Source: Eledone cirrhosa (Eukaryota). From it: a stretch of DNA of 64,000 nucleotides. Location: the NCBI GenBank assembly GCA_964016885.1, contig OZ024743.1, positions 32,364,001-32,428,000 of the forward strand, given 5' to 3'. Shown here piece after piece: positions 14,183-27,330 of this stretch (positions are counted from its first letter, which is position 1; each line of letters starts with the position of its first letter). The position numbers and the translations under genes were made by a program. The notes under the pieces were generated by a model. It worked only from the letters and a program-made list of their open reading frames with translations, ran no database searches and was not told the origin of the DNA.

Positions 14183-14625
14183 ATCATCATCATCTTTTAA
14201 CGTCCATTTCCCATGCTAGCATGTGTTAGATGGGTTGTCCCATTTGAGGCAAGTTGGCTCAGGTGACCGTGTCTTACTCGTATATAACTGTTTCTGGCTA
14301 GGTTTCTATGGCTGGATGCCCTTCCTAACGCCAACCACATTTACAGTGTGGGCTGGGTGTTTTTTGTCGTGACTTCTACACTACCACTTTACAGTGTGGG
14401 CTGGGTGCTTTTTGTCGTGATTTCTACACTACCACTTTATAGTGTGGGCTAGGTGTTTGTGTCGTGACTTCTACACTACCACTTTATAGTGTGGGCTGGG
14501 TGCTTTTTGTTGTGACTTCTACATTGCCCCTTTACAGTGTGGGCTGGGTGCTTTTTGCTCTAACTTCTACACTACCACTTTACAGTGTGGGCTGGGTGCT
14601 TTTTGTCGTAAGACCACGTCACTAT
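14183..14625 (-). mobile_element. RTE/SINE 3' tail with ~7 tandem ~48-bp units
   Basis: (CAT)n + GGATGCCCTTCCTAACGCCAACC, then repeats of TTACAGTGTGGGCTGGGTGCTTTTTGTCGTGACTTCTACACTACCAC. Confidence 0.8.
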
Positions 14626-15509
14626 TATAAATACTGATAGTTACATTTAATAATTACTTGCATTATCTAGACAAACCATTTCTTCTGAATACTGTGGTGA
14701 TGTTTATTTCTTAGAAAATGTTTCATTTCTGCTTCATCTACTTGCAAGTCCTGTAAACAGTCACGGATCATTGTCATTATTGATTTTGATATTTGTCTTA
14801 TAGTTTGTGGCCTTAAGCAGAATTAAATTTACTAAAAATAAAAATGCAGTAAAGAAAATAATACAGCATTCTCCATTCCAACCATGAAGAAGAAGAAAAA
14901 AATATTTTGGCAGGAAAGCGTTATTTGGATGTGAGGGGAGGTAGTTTTGTGTTTCTATCATCTTTCTCATTCTGAGATAGCCTTAAACTGCACTGAATAA
15001 ATTAAAAATAAAAATGTTGCACTGACATACTATGTCATAACGCATTAGTTATGAGTGTGTCTGTAATCATGAATATTGAAATGTGGTGGTTGAGGAATTG
15101 TTATGAGGCCATGTTAAGCAAGTACCAGTCATATACAAAATATTGTGATAAATAGTGATAATATATTACAATTATTATTTTTAATTTAGCAAGTTTGATG
15201 AATATAATGGAGTAAAAGAGCAGGTGGATATGATTATAAAACCTACATAGCCTTGTTTATGAATTTGATATACATACACAGATGCATATATATACCTAAA
15301 CACACGCCCATGCTAATACATATGCTAATTAGACATTTCAGCTATATTTTGCACCCTGTGCTATCATAATATTCTGTTATATTCTGAGGAGGCAAAACTC
15401 TTCAAATTGTATAATGATATCTTACACTTTTCAGTGAACAAAGGAATATTAAAAAGTCGTTATGTCGTCATTGAATTTACCTTAAATCTTCAGGTATGAG
15501 CTACTTTCA

Positions 15510-15700
15510 GTCTTCTTCTTATCCAGTCACTATATCACACCCACACAGTGTTGTGGACAGTGCTTTACCTGGAATGTTAAGCTTTCAAGGTCATTAAGTG
15601 TGCATGAATCTTCAAGATTGGGGCAAACTAGAAGGTGCTCCATAGTCTGTAATTGCCTGCATTGGCAGTTGTAATCATCATCAGGCATATCTCCATTTCT
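15510..15700 (-). mobile_element. Vingi/Ingi-like LINE 3' fragment
   Basis: CQCRQLQTMEHLLVCPNLEDSCTLNDL CCHC-type end and GAA-rich tail. Confidence 0.65.
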
Positions 15701-16069
15701 GAAGGCTGGTTCTACAGTGACCAACAGCTTATCTGAGATAAACTGATATGTCATAATGCTGATGCAAAATATTCGAATTCGAGTTCTCCGAAAAATACTC
15801 ATCAGATTAGCGATTCTAGATATGCTCACCTACATATCAATGAAACATGTGTCAGTTACATAATAAGTGGTAATCCTACAGCTGCGAAATTGGTGTATTC
15901 ATGTGATTTATTAATTTCTATATAAATACTCAAGGAATTACCTTCATTGTACCTACGGTTGGTCACCATAGAAACATTGTGATAAGTGATTCATGTGTTG
16001 AGTCAAAAACCACTGCATGTTGACATAGTCTTCAATCTCAAATTCAACCTATGGAAACCGATGACCATA

Positions 16070-16100
<31 letters not shown>

Positions 16101-16433
16101 ATGATGATGATGGCTGCAACTCGATTTCAAGTAATGCCATCACTTGATACTTAAGCATGAGCATCAAGGACATGGCTTTTTTAGTGCTACCATACATCAC
16201 AAAAAATGTCACATATCAAGCAGTGTCTGTGCTTGAAGCTTTTTTAGTGAGGAAAGGCCTTGCACGAGGCAAATCCCACTCTCTAAACATCAAATGCAAT
16301 TACCCAAAAAGTAGAACTGGTCTACATCATTGGATACAAATGAAGTCGCAGGTTTTATATCAGAGTGACATCCTCCTAGAGAGATGTCTTAATAAGGACT
16401 AGGAGTCTCTCATTCCATGAAAAAAAAAATAAT

Positions 16434-16470
<37 letters not shown>

Positions 16471-16635
16471 TATTTACGTATCGAGAGAGAGAAAAAAGGA
16501 GGGATAGGTACTACATGTAGTCATTTGCCAAATAGCGTATGCAGAAGGTGCTCAATACTAGTGCCGGCAGTGTTAGATATTAGAGGTGTTAATAGCTAGT
16601 GGGCGAGAGAGTTAGCAGAGCATAAGCACGTGGAA

Positions 16636-16668
<33 letters not shown>

Positions 16669-17035
16669 TACACATGCACATACACACACATATATATATT
16701 CAGGGTTGAAAGTAATTTTGTGCTAAACTCAGTGGAAAGATAATGTTTGGCAGAGGACCCAGCAGTGGCAGATAGTGTAGTGAGGAATGGATGTATATAT
16801 GAAGTGGAAGGACAGGTGTGGGGTAGTTGGAAGTGGAAGGGAAATGACTAAAGATATGATGGGCTTACAGGTGGGTAAAGTCTATGTAGCTTATTAAGCC
16901 TGATCACATCCCTCATATGTGTGTGTATATATATATATATATGTAAGTAGTAACGGGTGCAATTGGATTGCGTCCACAAGTGATGCTACTGGGGAGCAGA
17001 GTATCAATAATAATTAGGGACCAAAGAATCATGCA

Positions 17036-17075
<40 letters not shown>

Positions 17076-17210
17076 TACATATATACATATATGCAGGTGT
17101 TCAGATTTAATAAATTAAACAGGGAAAAGACTAAACATTTGATGGTCTTACAGGCAGGTAAGTTTTACATAGTTTGAAAAACTGATATGTGTGTGAGTCT
17201 GAATATATAT

Positions 17211-17541
17211 TCATTTCATTTTACGTCCGCTTTTCCCTGCTTGCAAGGGTGGGACGGGAACTGATTCTGGCCTGATTTCTATAGCTGGATGCCCTTCCTA
17301 ACACCAACCTCATTTACAGTGAGTGCTGGGTGCTTTTTTGCCGTGGCGCCTACACGTCCACTTTGCAGTGGAATAATAGGGAACCCAGTCCCTATCATCT
17401 CATTTCTACAGCTGAGTAAACTGGAGCAATGTGAAATAAAGTGTCTTGCTCAAGGAAACAACACATCACCCGGTCTGAGAATTGAACTCACAACCTTTTG
17501 ATTGCAAGGCCAATGCTCTAACCACTAAGCCATGTGCCTCC
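17211..17541 (-). mobile_element. Same CORE/RTE-tail SINE family
   Basis: High identity to 3266-3590. Confidence 0.85.
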
Positions 17542-18121
<580 letters not shown>

Positions 18122-18123
18122 CG

Positions 18124-18164
<41 letters not shown>

Positions 18165-18722
18165 ATATATATATATACATATACGTTCATATATATGGGG
18201 GAGGTGATCAGACTTAATAAGCTACATAGACTTTACCCACCTGTAAGCCCATCATATCTTTAGTCATTTCCCTTCCACTTCCAACTACCCCACACCTTTC
18301 CTTCCACTTCTGTATACATCCCTTCCTCACTACACTATCTGCTACCACTACAACTGCTGGGTTCTCTGCCAAACATTATCTTTCCACTGTGTTTAGCAGA
18401 AAATTACTTTCAACCCTGAATTTTTTTTAGCATAAAATTACTTTCCCACTTCTTCTCTCAGTTAACTCTCACACACAAACACACAGTCTCAAGCATGTGC
18501 TGCCTTTCTCCCTTTCTCTAGTCTTTGAACATACAGATTATCATATATCTTCACGTAAAAGTCACAGCAATGAATAAGTCACACATCCATTTTGCTAACA
18601 CCATTTACAATGTACCATAGAACATTTTTAAGTCCAGTGAAGATAAGTTGTGTACTGGTTCCCCACATATTTTTGTGAGAAAATGTTTGACTTAGAATAT
18701 ATATATATTTTCTATATTAAAC

Positions 18723-18765
<43 letters not shown>

Positions 18766-18869
18766 CGAAGGAAATGTGGTAAGGAACCAGGTGGACCATA
18801 ACGCACCAAAAGTACTCAATACTTAGAGTAGTAGAGTGGGTAATAGGAACGAGTGGGACCCCACTCGTT

Positions 18870-18913
<44 letters not shown>

Positions 18914-19059
18914 TATGTATATATATATTTGTGTGTGTGTACATATACATACTTACTTTTATGTATCAGCTGTACTAGAGTGAGAAATAAAATTCTTATT
19001 TTATTTATATATGTGTATATAGATATATATATAATGGTTTGGAGCTATAGACACTTTAT

Positions 19060-19520
19060 TGCACCCACATTTATAAGCTTGATGTCTTCCACAAACATTG
19101 TCTTCACTGTGTCTGTGGTTATGCACCTACTAACAGAATCTCCAATCCCAAATCCCATAGTACTGGTCATGTCCTACAGATGACGAAAGACTACACACCA
19201 ATGGTACTGTTACACAATCAAATAATGGTGCACATAATGTAGGTAGACCATTACTCAGATGTAAAGACAAACTGTGGTAGAATCTTAGATATGTGAACAT
19301 ACCTCTTTCTTCTTTTGAAGCCCTGCTGACTGCAGAAAATGGAGAACTGTCTACCATGAAGGTATAAAGAACTTTGAAAATAATCTCATCTAGTCCATCT
19401 TCTTGATCGAAGACCTAATACCAAGATCTGATTAAACATTCCCTCCTTCTCCGCTCAAAACCCTATCATCTACATTAAGTGTGGCTTGATGTGTAAATCA
19501 GAAGCTGCCATTTAAAGTAT
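19060..19520 (+). mobile_element. Decayed RTE 3' fragment (C2H2-type)
   Basis: Remnants GRPLLRCKDKL, WRTVYHEGIKNFEN, KCGLMCKSEA. Confidence 0.55.
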
Positions 19521-19581
19521 AAACTTAACAATTTGAACTGAGAAAACTGTTGTACCCTCATATGTCAATATACAATGGGAG

Positions 19582-19860
19582 CAAAGGCATAACGATGGTA
19601 TGGCAAGCATGGCACATGCCATGGTCACCACATGAAGGGGGCGCCGCTTGGACTAGGAGCACGTTCTATTAAAGTCAAATAAGCTTTGTCAGAGAGTGAG
19701 AAATAGTAATGTATGATCTAACTCTGATTATCATGGGTGAGCACACTATGGTGACTGGATCATTAAACCATTTATAGGTAAAAATACAAAAGTATAGTGC
19801 TGGGCAGGGGCACAATTTCACTGCTTGTTTTAGGTGCTACTTTCCCTAGTTATGCCTCTG
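19582..19860. mobile_element. hAT-like MITE
   Basis: TIRs CAAAGGCATAAC / GTTATGCCTCTG; 8-bp TSD AATGGGAG/AAAGGGAG. Confidence 0.7.
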
Positions 19861-19873
19861 AAAGGGAGAGTCA

Positions 19874-19936
<63 letters not shown>

Positions 19937-20350
19937 ATGTATATATATATATATATATATTAACCTAATATATACCTTCCATATACTGTACCGATTGTGT
20001 TGTTATTTCTGTTTACCTTTTACACACACATATATATATATATATGAGTGTGTGTATAGTATAGTAACAGTTTAGTATATATATATCCAAGGTATAGAGC
20101 AACTCAAGTCCATAAGATGAGTTTAATATAACTATTAAGACCAGTTATTACAACAGCATCATACCAGGAATATTTGTTTCATTCGACCAGAAGGCCAAAT
20201 TGTTCAACCTGTGTCGAAGGAAATTAACCATCTAAGAGGACAGCAATATCAACAACACGTTTTTGCCAATGTCTTATTTTTTTTTTTTTAAGAAGTGGCT
20301 ATAGTTGAACATGAGCAGGCTTCCACTATGTATGTATATATGTGTGTGTG

Positions 20351-20632
20351 CAAGGGCCTTATTTCAGAGGGTACCAGGGGACAAGTCGTTCCCCCAACTA
20401 CATACTTTTTCAAACGTCTATGTTTTATTTTTTGTTTATTTGATATAATAAATTCTTTTTAAGCTTATTTTTTCATATCCTAACTTCATTTGAATATAAA
20501 AAATTTAATTAGCGTAAAATTTTACTTATGTGATAGGGTGCAAGGCACCATAAGTAATACTAACATGCTCCTTTAATAATCAACAAATGTTGGTTTGTCC
20601 CCCTTATATTTTTAAGGCAAACGAGGCCCCTG
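20351..20632. mobile_element. hAT-like MITE
   Basis: TIRs CAAGGGCCTTATTT / AAACGAGGCCCCTG; 8-bp TSD TGTGTGTG/TGTTTGTG. Confidence 0.6.
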
Positions 20633-23600
20633 TGTTTGTGTGTCTACCATTGAATTGGATGAATAAGATAATGAATATTCAGTACTGTGGTAGATTAGAG
20701 TATTATATTAAAGCTGATCCAGTAGTGTTACTCTGGAATTTCCTTTGCCATGTGGATGATTCCTCAGACAGGACAAACTGTTTGTTATATATGTATGTAT
20801 GGTCCCGTAACTCCTGATAGAGTCGTAGGGGCACCGTATTGACATACGGAGTTACTTGGGCATTTTAAGCCTGGTAGAGCCCACCCCTCTCCAGGCCTGA
20901 GTACAGCAGATTTCTTCCAGATAAAGATAGAAACTGAGAGAGAGAAGGAATAAAAAAGAGATAGAGAGGAAGAATTGACCCTAGTAGCAAACTGGTATAT
21001 ATATATATATGTGTGTGTGTGTATATGTATGCATACTTACTTTTATTGACCTGAAAGTATAAAAGGCATAGTTGACCTCAGCAGGATTTGAACTCAGTTG
21101 TGGAACTGTATAAGAGACTAGGTTACACCAAGTAATAAATGCAAAGTGCTTGGGGGGTTTTGAATGGTTAAACTGTTTCTTTCACAATGCAATTAATTAC
21201 TTTCAACATAGTCGCATATCAAATTACTTGCCAAACAAGTGTAACTCAAACTAAAAAGGAAATTAAGATGCTAATATTTTCCATTCTTCTATTGGCTGTG
21301 AGGTTAAATATACTGGACAATTAGTCATGTTGTTAGGTGTTTAACCCTTTTAATATCAAAACACCTGTAACTGCCCCTGATTTGATGATACAAAACTGCT
21401 ATGATGTGTTTATATTATCTAAAAACCTTTCATCATTATTCTAATTAACATCCAAACAAGAGATAAGGTGAAAGTTATATAAATCCCTTCAAGTTCTTGA
21501 TTATTTTCATTATTATTTGAAAATCATAGGTAGTGACTTTCATTAGGAATATGGTAACAAAGCTAGAGAAGGAGTTAACAAACTATGACCTGCAGGCCAA
21601 ATCCTACAGTTTCATTTGTGACATTGCTTGCAAAATTCTTTGTATTTCTTATCAACTTTTGGTTAACGAACAATAAAATACAATTTTTAAAAAATGTCTC
21701 ATTTTTACAGTGGCTGCAAATGCATCAATATTTTATATTAATAAAAAAAACAAGAAATGAAAATTAAAGTTTGTCCAGGTGTGAAATTTCCTAAATGAAT
21801 GGAGCAAAAAAACATTTATTTCATTGAAAAAACATTTTACTCTACATTAAATGCTTCTAATGGAAAACATTAAAGCAATTAAAAAACAATCTGTTTCCAT
21901 GACCTTGTATGATCATGGTTTCATTTTATATTTGCCTTGGCCCACAAGACATAAAAACATTTCCTATCCGGCCCACTTCGATTGATGTTTGCCAACCCCT
22001 GCCCTAGCAAAGAGCATAATTCTGCTACTCTCAATTTACCTAATATTAACAGCTTCAGTTGTTATTTCACAGTTCAGTTATTAACAGTTGGAAAGGCCTT
22101 CAAGTGTGAACAAAAATAATGTTTTTTTAGCTTGAAATTGTTCATATATTTCCTGCTCATGCTAGGTGGGTTGAGATAAGACTACACCTTTCCTCTCACC
22201 TCCCATAGAATGATTACATAACTACTAATGTTACAGATCATCTGATAGATTAAAATACCTGGAGGTAGCATTAATAATAATTTTTTTTCTTTCTATCTTT
22301 CTAACATTGGTACAAGGCCAGCAATTTGGGGAAGTAAAGTCAATTATATCAACCCCAGTACTTAAATGCTGCTCTATTTTATTGACCCTAAAAGGATGAA
22401 TGGAAGTTGACCTCTGCAGGATTTGAACTCAGAACATACAGAATCATAACAAATACTGCAAAACATTTTGTCCAACTCTCTACCAATACTGCTGATCCAC
22501 TGTCCTAGCTTTAGTAATGGTAATAATTGTTTCTACTTTTGGCACAAAGCCAACAATTATCCCAGTGTATTACTGGTACTTTATTTTATCGACGCCGTAA
22601 GGATGAAAGGCAAAGTTAACCTCGGCAGGATTTGAACTCAGACAATAAAGGGCCATAACTTTGCAATGGTTTCTAATTTATGCAAAAGGCCTACAATTTG
22701 GAGAGAAAAGAAACAGTTTATTACATTAAACACAGTATTTAAATGGTACTTTATTTTATAACCTGCAGAAAGATGAAAAACAAAGTTGACCTTCGTAGGA
22801 TTTAAACTCAGAATATAAAGAATCAGAATAAATGCTGCAAAGCATATTGTCCAACACTCTGCTAATCCACCACCATTAATAATGGTTTCTAATCTATATA
22901 TAAGTTTCAGCGACTTCCGTCCATCCGTCTTTAACATAATATATGTGTGTGTAAAAGGAAGAAAGGGGATGGTGAAAAAGATGATAGCAAAACAATGATT
23001 GGCGTTTCATTTGCTATGCCATGTGTGAGTGTATGTGTAAATGTATGCGTGAGTGTGTTTGTGCGAATGTATGTCTTTGGCTATGTATTTTTCTGTGTCT
23101 GTGTTTGCGTGTTTATATTTATATACTCATGCATATACAGTAAATGTATGCACATACACACACGTACACACATATATACATAGATACGTCAGCTTCTTTG
23201 AAAAAATCCTAGTTTAGTAATAAGGCCAGAAATTTTTTGGGAAAGTGTTGGTCAATCAAATCAACATCACTACTTGACTGAAACTTTATTCTATCAACCC
23301 TTGGCTTGACTTGAACTCAACATAAAGGGACATAACTGAATATTTCAAGACATTTCTTCCCACACACTGTTAGTTCTGCCAATCCAATAATGTTTTCTGA
23401 TTTAGGCACAAGGCCAGCAATTTGGGGGGAGGGGCAGGCAATTAAATTGACCCCTGTGCATTACTGTTGCTTTATTTTATTGACCCCATAATAATGAAAG
23501 GCAAAGCTAACCTCGGCAGTATTTGAAATCAGAACATAATGGGTCATAACTATATACTGTAAAGCATAGTGCCGATGCTCTACAATAATAATAATTATCA

Positions 23601-23821
23601 TTTGTTTCTAATTTATGTATTAATCCAGAAATTTGGGGGAAGATAGCAGTTGATTATATCAACCCAGGTGTGTTGGATCTTTGTTGGTTCTGACGAGGAG
23701 GTGCATTTCACTAGGTTTGAGCAATGGGGTGGCTTGCATGCAAGTGGCTGAGAATTCCACGAACACATGTACCCTTAATGTAGTTCTCAGTGAGATTCAG
23801 CATGACATGTGGCAAAGCTGG

Positions 23822-24492
23822 CCCTTTGAATTACTGGTAAAACTCATCTTTGCCAACTGAGTGGACTGGAGCAATGTGGAATATAGTGTCATCCTTAAGG
23901 AAAATATGCTGCTGGGAATCAAACTCATGACCTTACAATTATAAGATGAACACTCTTACCATTAAACCATATCGGTGGAGCGTCAGACACTATACTTTGC
24001 AGCATGGAGTTATGGCCCTTTACATTCTGAATTCAAATCCCACCGAAGTTAGCTTTGCCTTTCACCCTTATGGGGTCAATAAAATAAAGCACCAGTAATG
24101 CACTGCGGTAATTGCTGTCCTTGTGCCAAAAGTAGAAACATTACTTGACTGGTATTTATTTCCTTGACCCCAATAGTTGACAAGTACATACATTATCAGG
24201 TGGATGAAGGCAAAGTTTACTTCAGCAGGATTTGAACTCAAATCCTGCTGAAGTAAACTTTGCCTTCTTTGTGGGATTTGAATTCAGAACGTAAAGGGCC
24301 ATAACTCTATGTTGCAAAGCATGATGTCTGACGCTCTACCGATATGGTTTAATGGTAAGCATATTCATCTTATAATTGTAAGGTCATGAGTTTGATTCCC
24401 AGCAGCATATTTTCCTTAAGGATAACATTATATTCCACATTGCTCCAGTCCACTCAGTTGGCAAACATGAGTTTTACCAGTAATTCAAAGGG
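23822..24492. repeat. Inverted duplication (23822-24047 / 24268-24492) plus internal perfect palindrome 24206-24267
   Basis: Reverse-complement match read directly. Confidence 0.9.
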
Positions 24493-25126
24493 CTATAACT
24501 AAATACTATAGGATATTTTGTCCAATTAATGATTCTGCCATGTCATAGACAGATAATTAATCTTCCAATAAACTATGAATGTAATACAGCTAGTTTATCT
24601 GTTGAAGTGATTTCTTTTTATATATAACAAATTCACTAGGGAAAAATCATGAACATCACAACTTTATATTTTGCCATATGATTAAAATTTAAAATTATGC
24701 ACATTACTTCAGTTGAGATAAAAATAAATAGAATTTCAAAACTAATCAATCATTCAACAAAGCAAGTATATAAAAATGGATGTAAAATACTTTTTTTTAA
24801 ATATCATTGTCTCGCATGTCAATATCTATTAAGTCTATATGTATGTTTATCTCTGTGTGTGTGTGTGTGTGTGCATGTATGTATTTCTATGTGAAATTAT
24901 GTATATATGAAATATGTATATATGTGTGTATGTCTATATATACATATATATATAGGAACGCAATTGCGTCCAGAATTAGCCGTCGAAACGGCTTGAGCTC
25001 AGCCGTCGGGTCCTACTCGTTCCTATTACCCACTCTACTACCCTAAGTATTGAGTACTTTGGTGCGTTATGGTCCACCTGGTTCCTTACCACATTTCCTC
25101 CATTACATATATATATATATATATAT

Positions 25127-25722
25127 GAATTGAGAGAGAGACTGAGCATAAGAAGAAGCAAATGCTGTGTGCAGGAGAGGCGGTTGCGTTGGTATGGACA
25201 TGTGATGCGTATGAAAGATGACAGCTGCATAAAAAGTAGCAGAGCACTAGAAGTCAATGGAAACCGCGGAGTGGGGAGACCCAAAAGACCTGCGATGAGG
25301 TGATAAAACCCGACCTTACCCAATTACACCTCTCAAAGGCGATGACACACGACCGTGACCTCTGGCGTCACGCAGTAATACGGAGTACCCGACCTCCCAT
25401 GGGTACAAGCTGAAGCATATAAACAATATGCCCCCACACCCTCCCACTGCAAAGTGGTCGTGGAGGTGCCACAGCAAAAAAAGCACCCAGCCCATACTGT
25501 AAAGTGGACGTGTAGGCGCCACGGAAAAAAGCACCCAGCACTCACTGTAGATGAGGTTGGTGTTAGGAAGGGCATCCAGCTGTAGATATCAAGCCAGAAT
25601 CAGTTCCTGTATGAGCAGAGCATGGTCAGCCGACCAGACACTGCCCACAACAGGACAACCTGTCTAACCCATGCTAGCATGGAAGAACAGACGTAAAACA
25701 GTGATGATGATGATGATGATGA
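25127..25722 (+). mobile_element. 5'-truncated RTE of a different subfamily with long 3' UTR
   Basis: Encodes QERRLRWYGHVMRMKDDSCI and DRDLWRHAV. UTR has ~40-bp repeats and a (GAT)n tail; flanked by (TA)n. Confidence 0.85.
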
Positions 25723-25754
25723 TATATATATATATATATATACCTATATGCATA

Positions 25755-25792
<38 letters not shown>

Positions 25793-25834
25793 TGCATATG
25801 TATATATATATTATATATAAGTCTGTGTTTTATA

Positions 25835-25866
<32 letters not shown>

Positions 25867-26141
25867 ATATATATATATAAATATTTTGTTAAAGCCAAGT
25901 TTCACTTGTGTCACTCAGGAGTTTCTTCTGTGTACTCAGAAGGTAATATATATAAATAGGGAGACACATATATCTATATATACATATATATATGTGTGTG
26001 TGTGTGTATGTATGTATATATATATGTGTGTGTATGTATGTATGTATGTATTTATGTATATATGTCTGTGTGTGTGAGTTTGTATATGTATATATATGTG
26101 TGTGTGTATGTGTATATAGATATGCATGTGTGTTTGCATAC

Positions 26142-26189
<48 letters not shown>

Positions 26190-26671
26190 ATGTATGTATA
26201 TATGTACGTGTACATATTGTGTATAACACATACATATTCATTATATTTGTGTGTATTGCCTTTCTTATACGATGTGACTCCAGTGATTGTGACTAAACAA
26301 AGTGGGGTACTGTATCTAAGTAAATACATAAATATTCATCAAACTAATCAACACAATAGGAAACTATATATTGACTTCAATTTAGAAATCATGGCAGGTG
26401 ATTTACAATATATGTTAAATGACTTTCATATGTCTGCAATCTTGATCTATGTATCTAATATGTTTGCTTGGGGCTGTGTGGGGTGAGAGCTGGTATGACA
26501 ATGTTTAAATTATACTGTGTAAATTGAAGTAGAGTATAGCTATTAAGAATTACATAAATACATACATATAGATAAACAAAAGACACTCTCCCCCTTCTTT
26601 CCTCTCTCTCTCTTTCACACACACACTGAAGCAATGTGAAATAAAGTGTCTTGCTCAAGGAAACAACACAT

Positions 26672-26945
26672 CACCCAATTCAATTTGTTGTTTCCTTGAG
26701 CAAGACACTTTATTTCACATTGCTCCAGTTTACTCAGCAGTAGAAATGAGATGATAGGGACTGGGGTCCCTATCATTCCACTGCAAAGTGGTCGTGGAGG
26801 TGCCACGGCAAAACGGCACCCAGCACGCACTGTAAATGAGGTTGGTGTTAGGAAGAGCATCCAGCTGTAGAAATCAAGCCAGAATCAGTTCCCGTCCCAC
26901 CCTTGTAAGCAGGGTAAAGCGGACGTAAAATGATGATGATGATGA
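26672..26945 (+). mobile_element. Same SINE family, head missing, tail-to-tail with the full-length RTE
   Basis: CORE through (GAT)n tail. Confidence 0.8.
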
Positions 26946-27330
26946 TATATATATACATATATATATATATCATCATCATCATCATCATCATCAACGTTTA
27001 ACGTCCGTGTTCCACGCTTGCATGGGTTTGGACGGGGGTAGTCCCACTTGAGGCAAGAGTGATTGTCTTGCTCGCATAGGACTGTCTGGCAGGTTTTCTA
27101 CAGTTGGATGCCCTTCCTAACACCAACCACATTTACAGTGTGGGTCTGGGAGGTTTTTACCGTGTTGCCTACACGGCCACATTACAGCGTGGACTGTGTG
27201 TTTTTTTGTCGTGACACCTACACGATCTCATTTGTTTCGGCCCGGATGGCGCGGCACCAACATAACTTTACATAGGACGGGGTGGTGTGGATGGGGTGGG
27301 GGTGGTGGTGGTGGGACGGGGTGTATTTTG

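Noticed and set aside
20795-20910. Twister-like structured RNA
   Set aside because: Conserved twister elements could not be placed; it looks more like a minus-strand LINE tail ending in (TACA)n.
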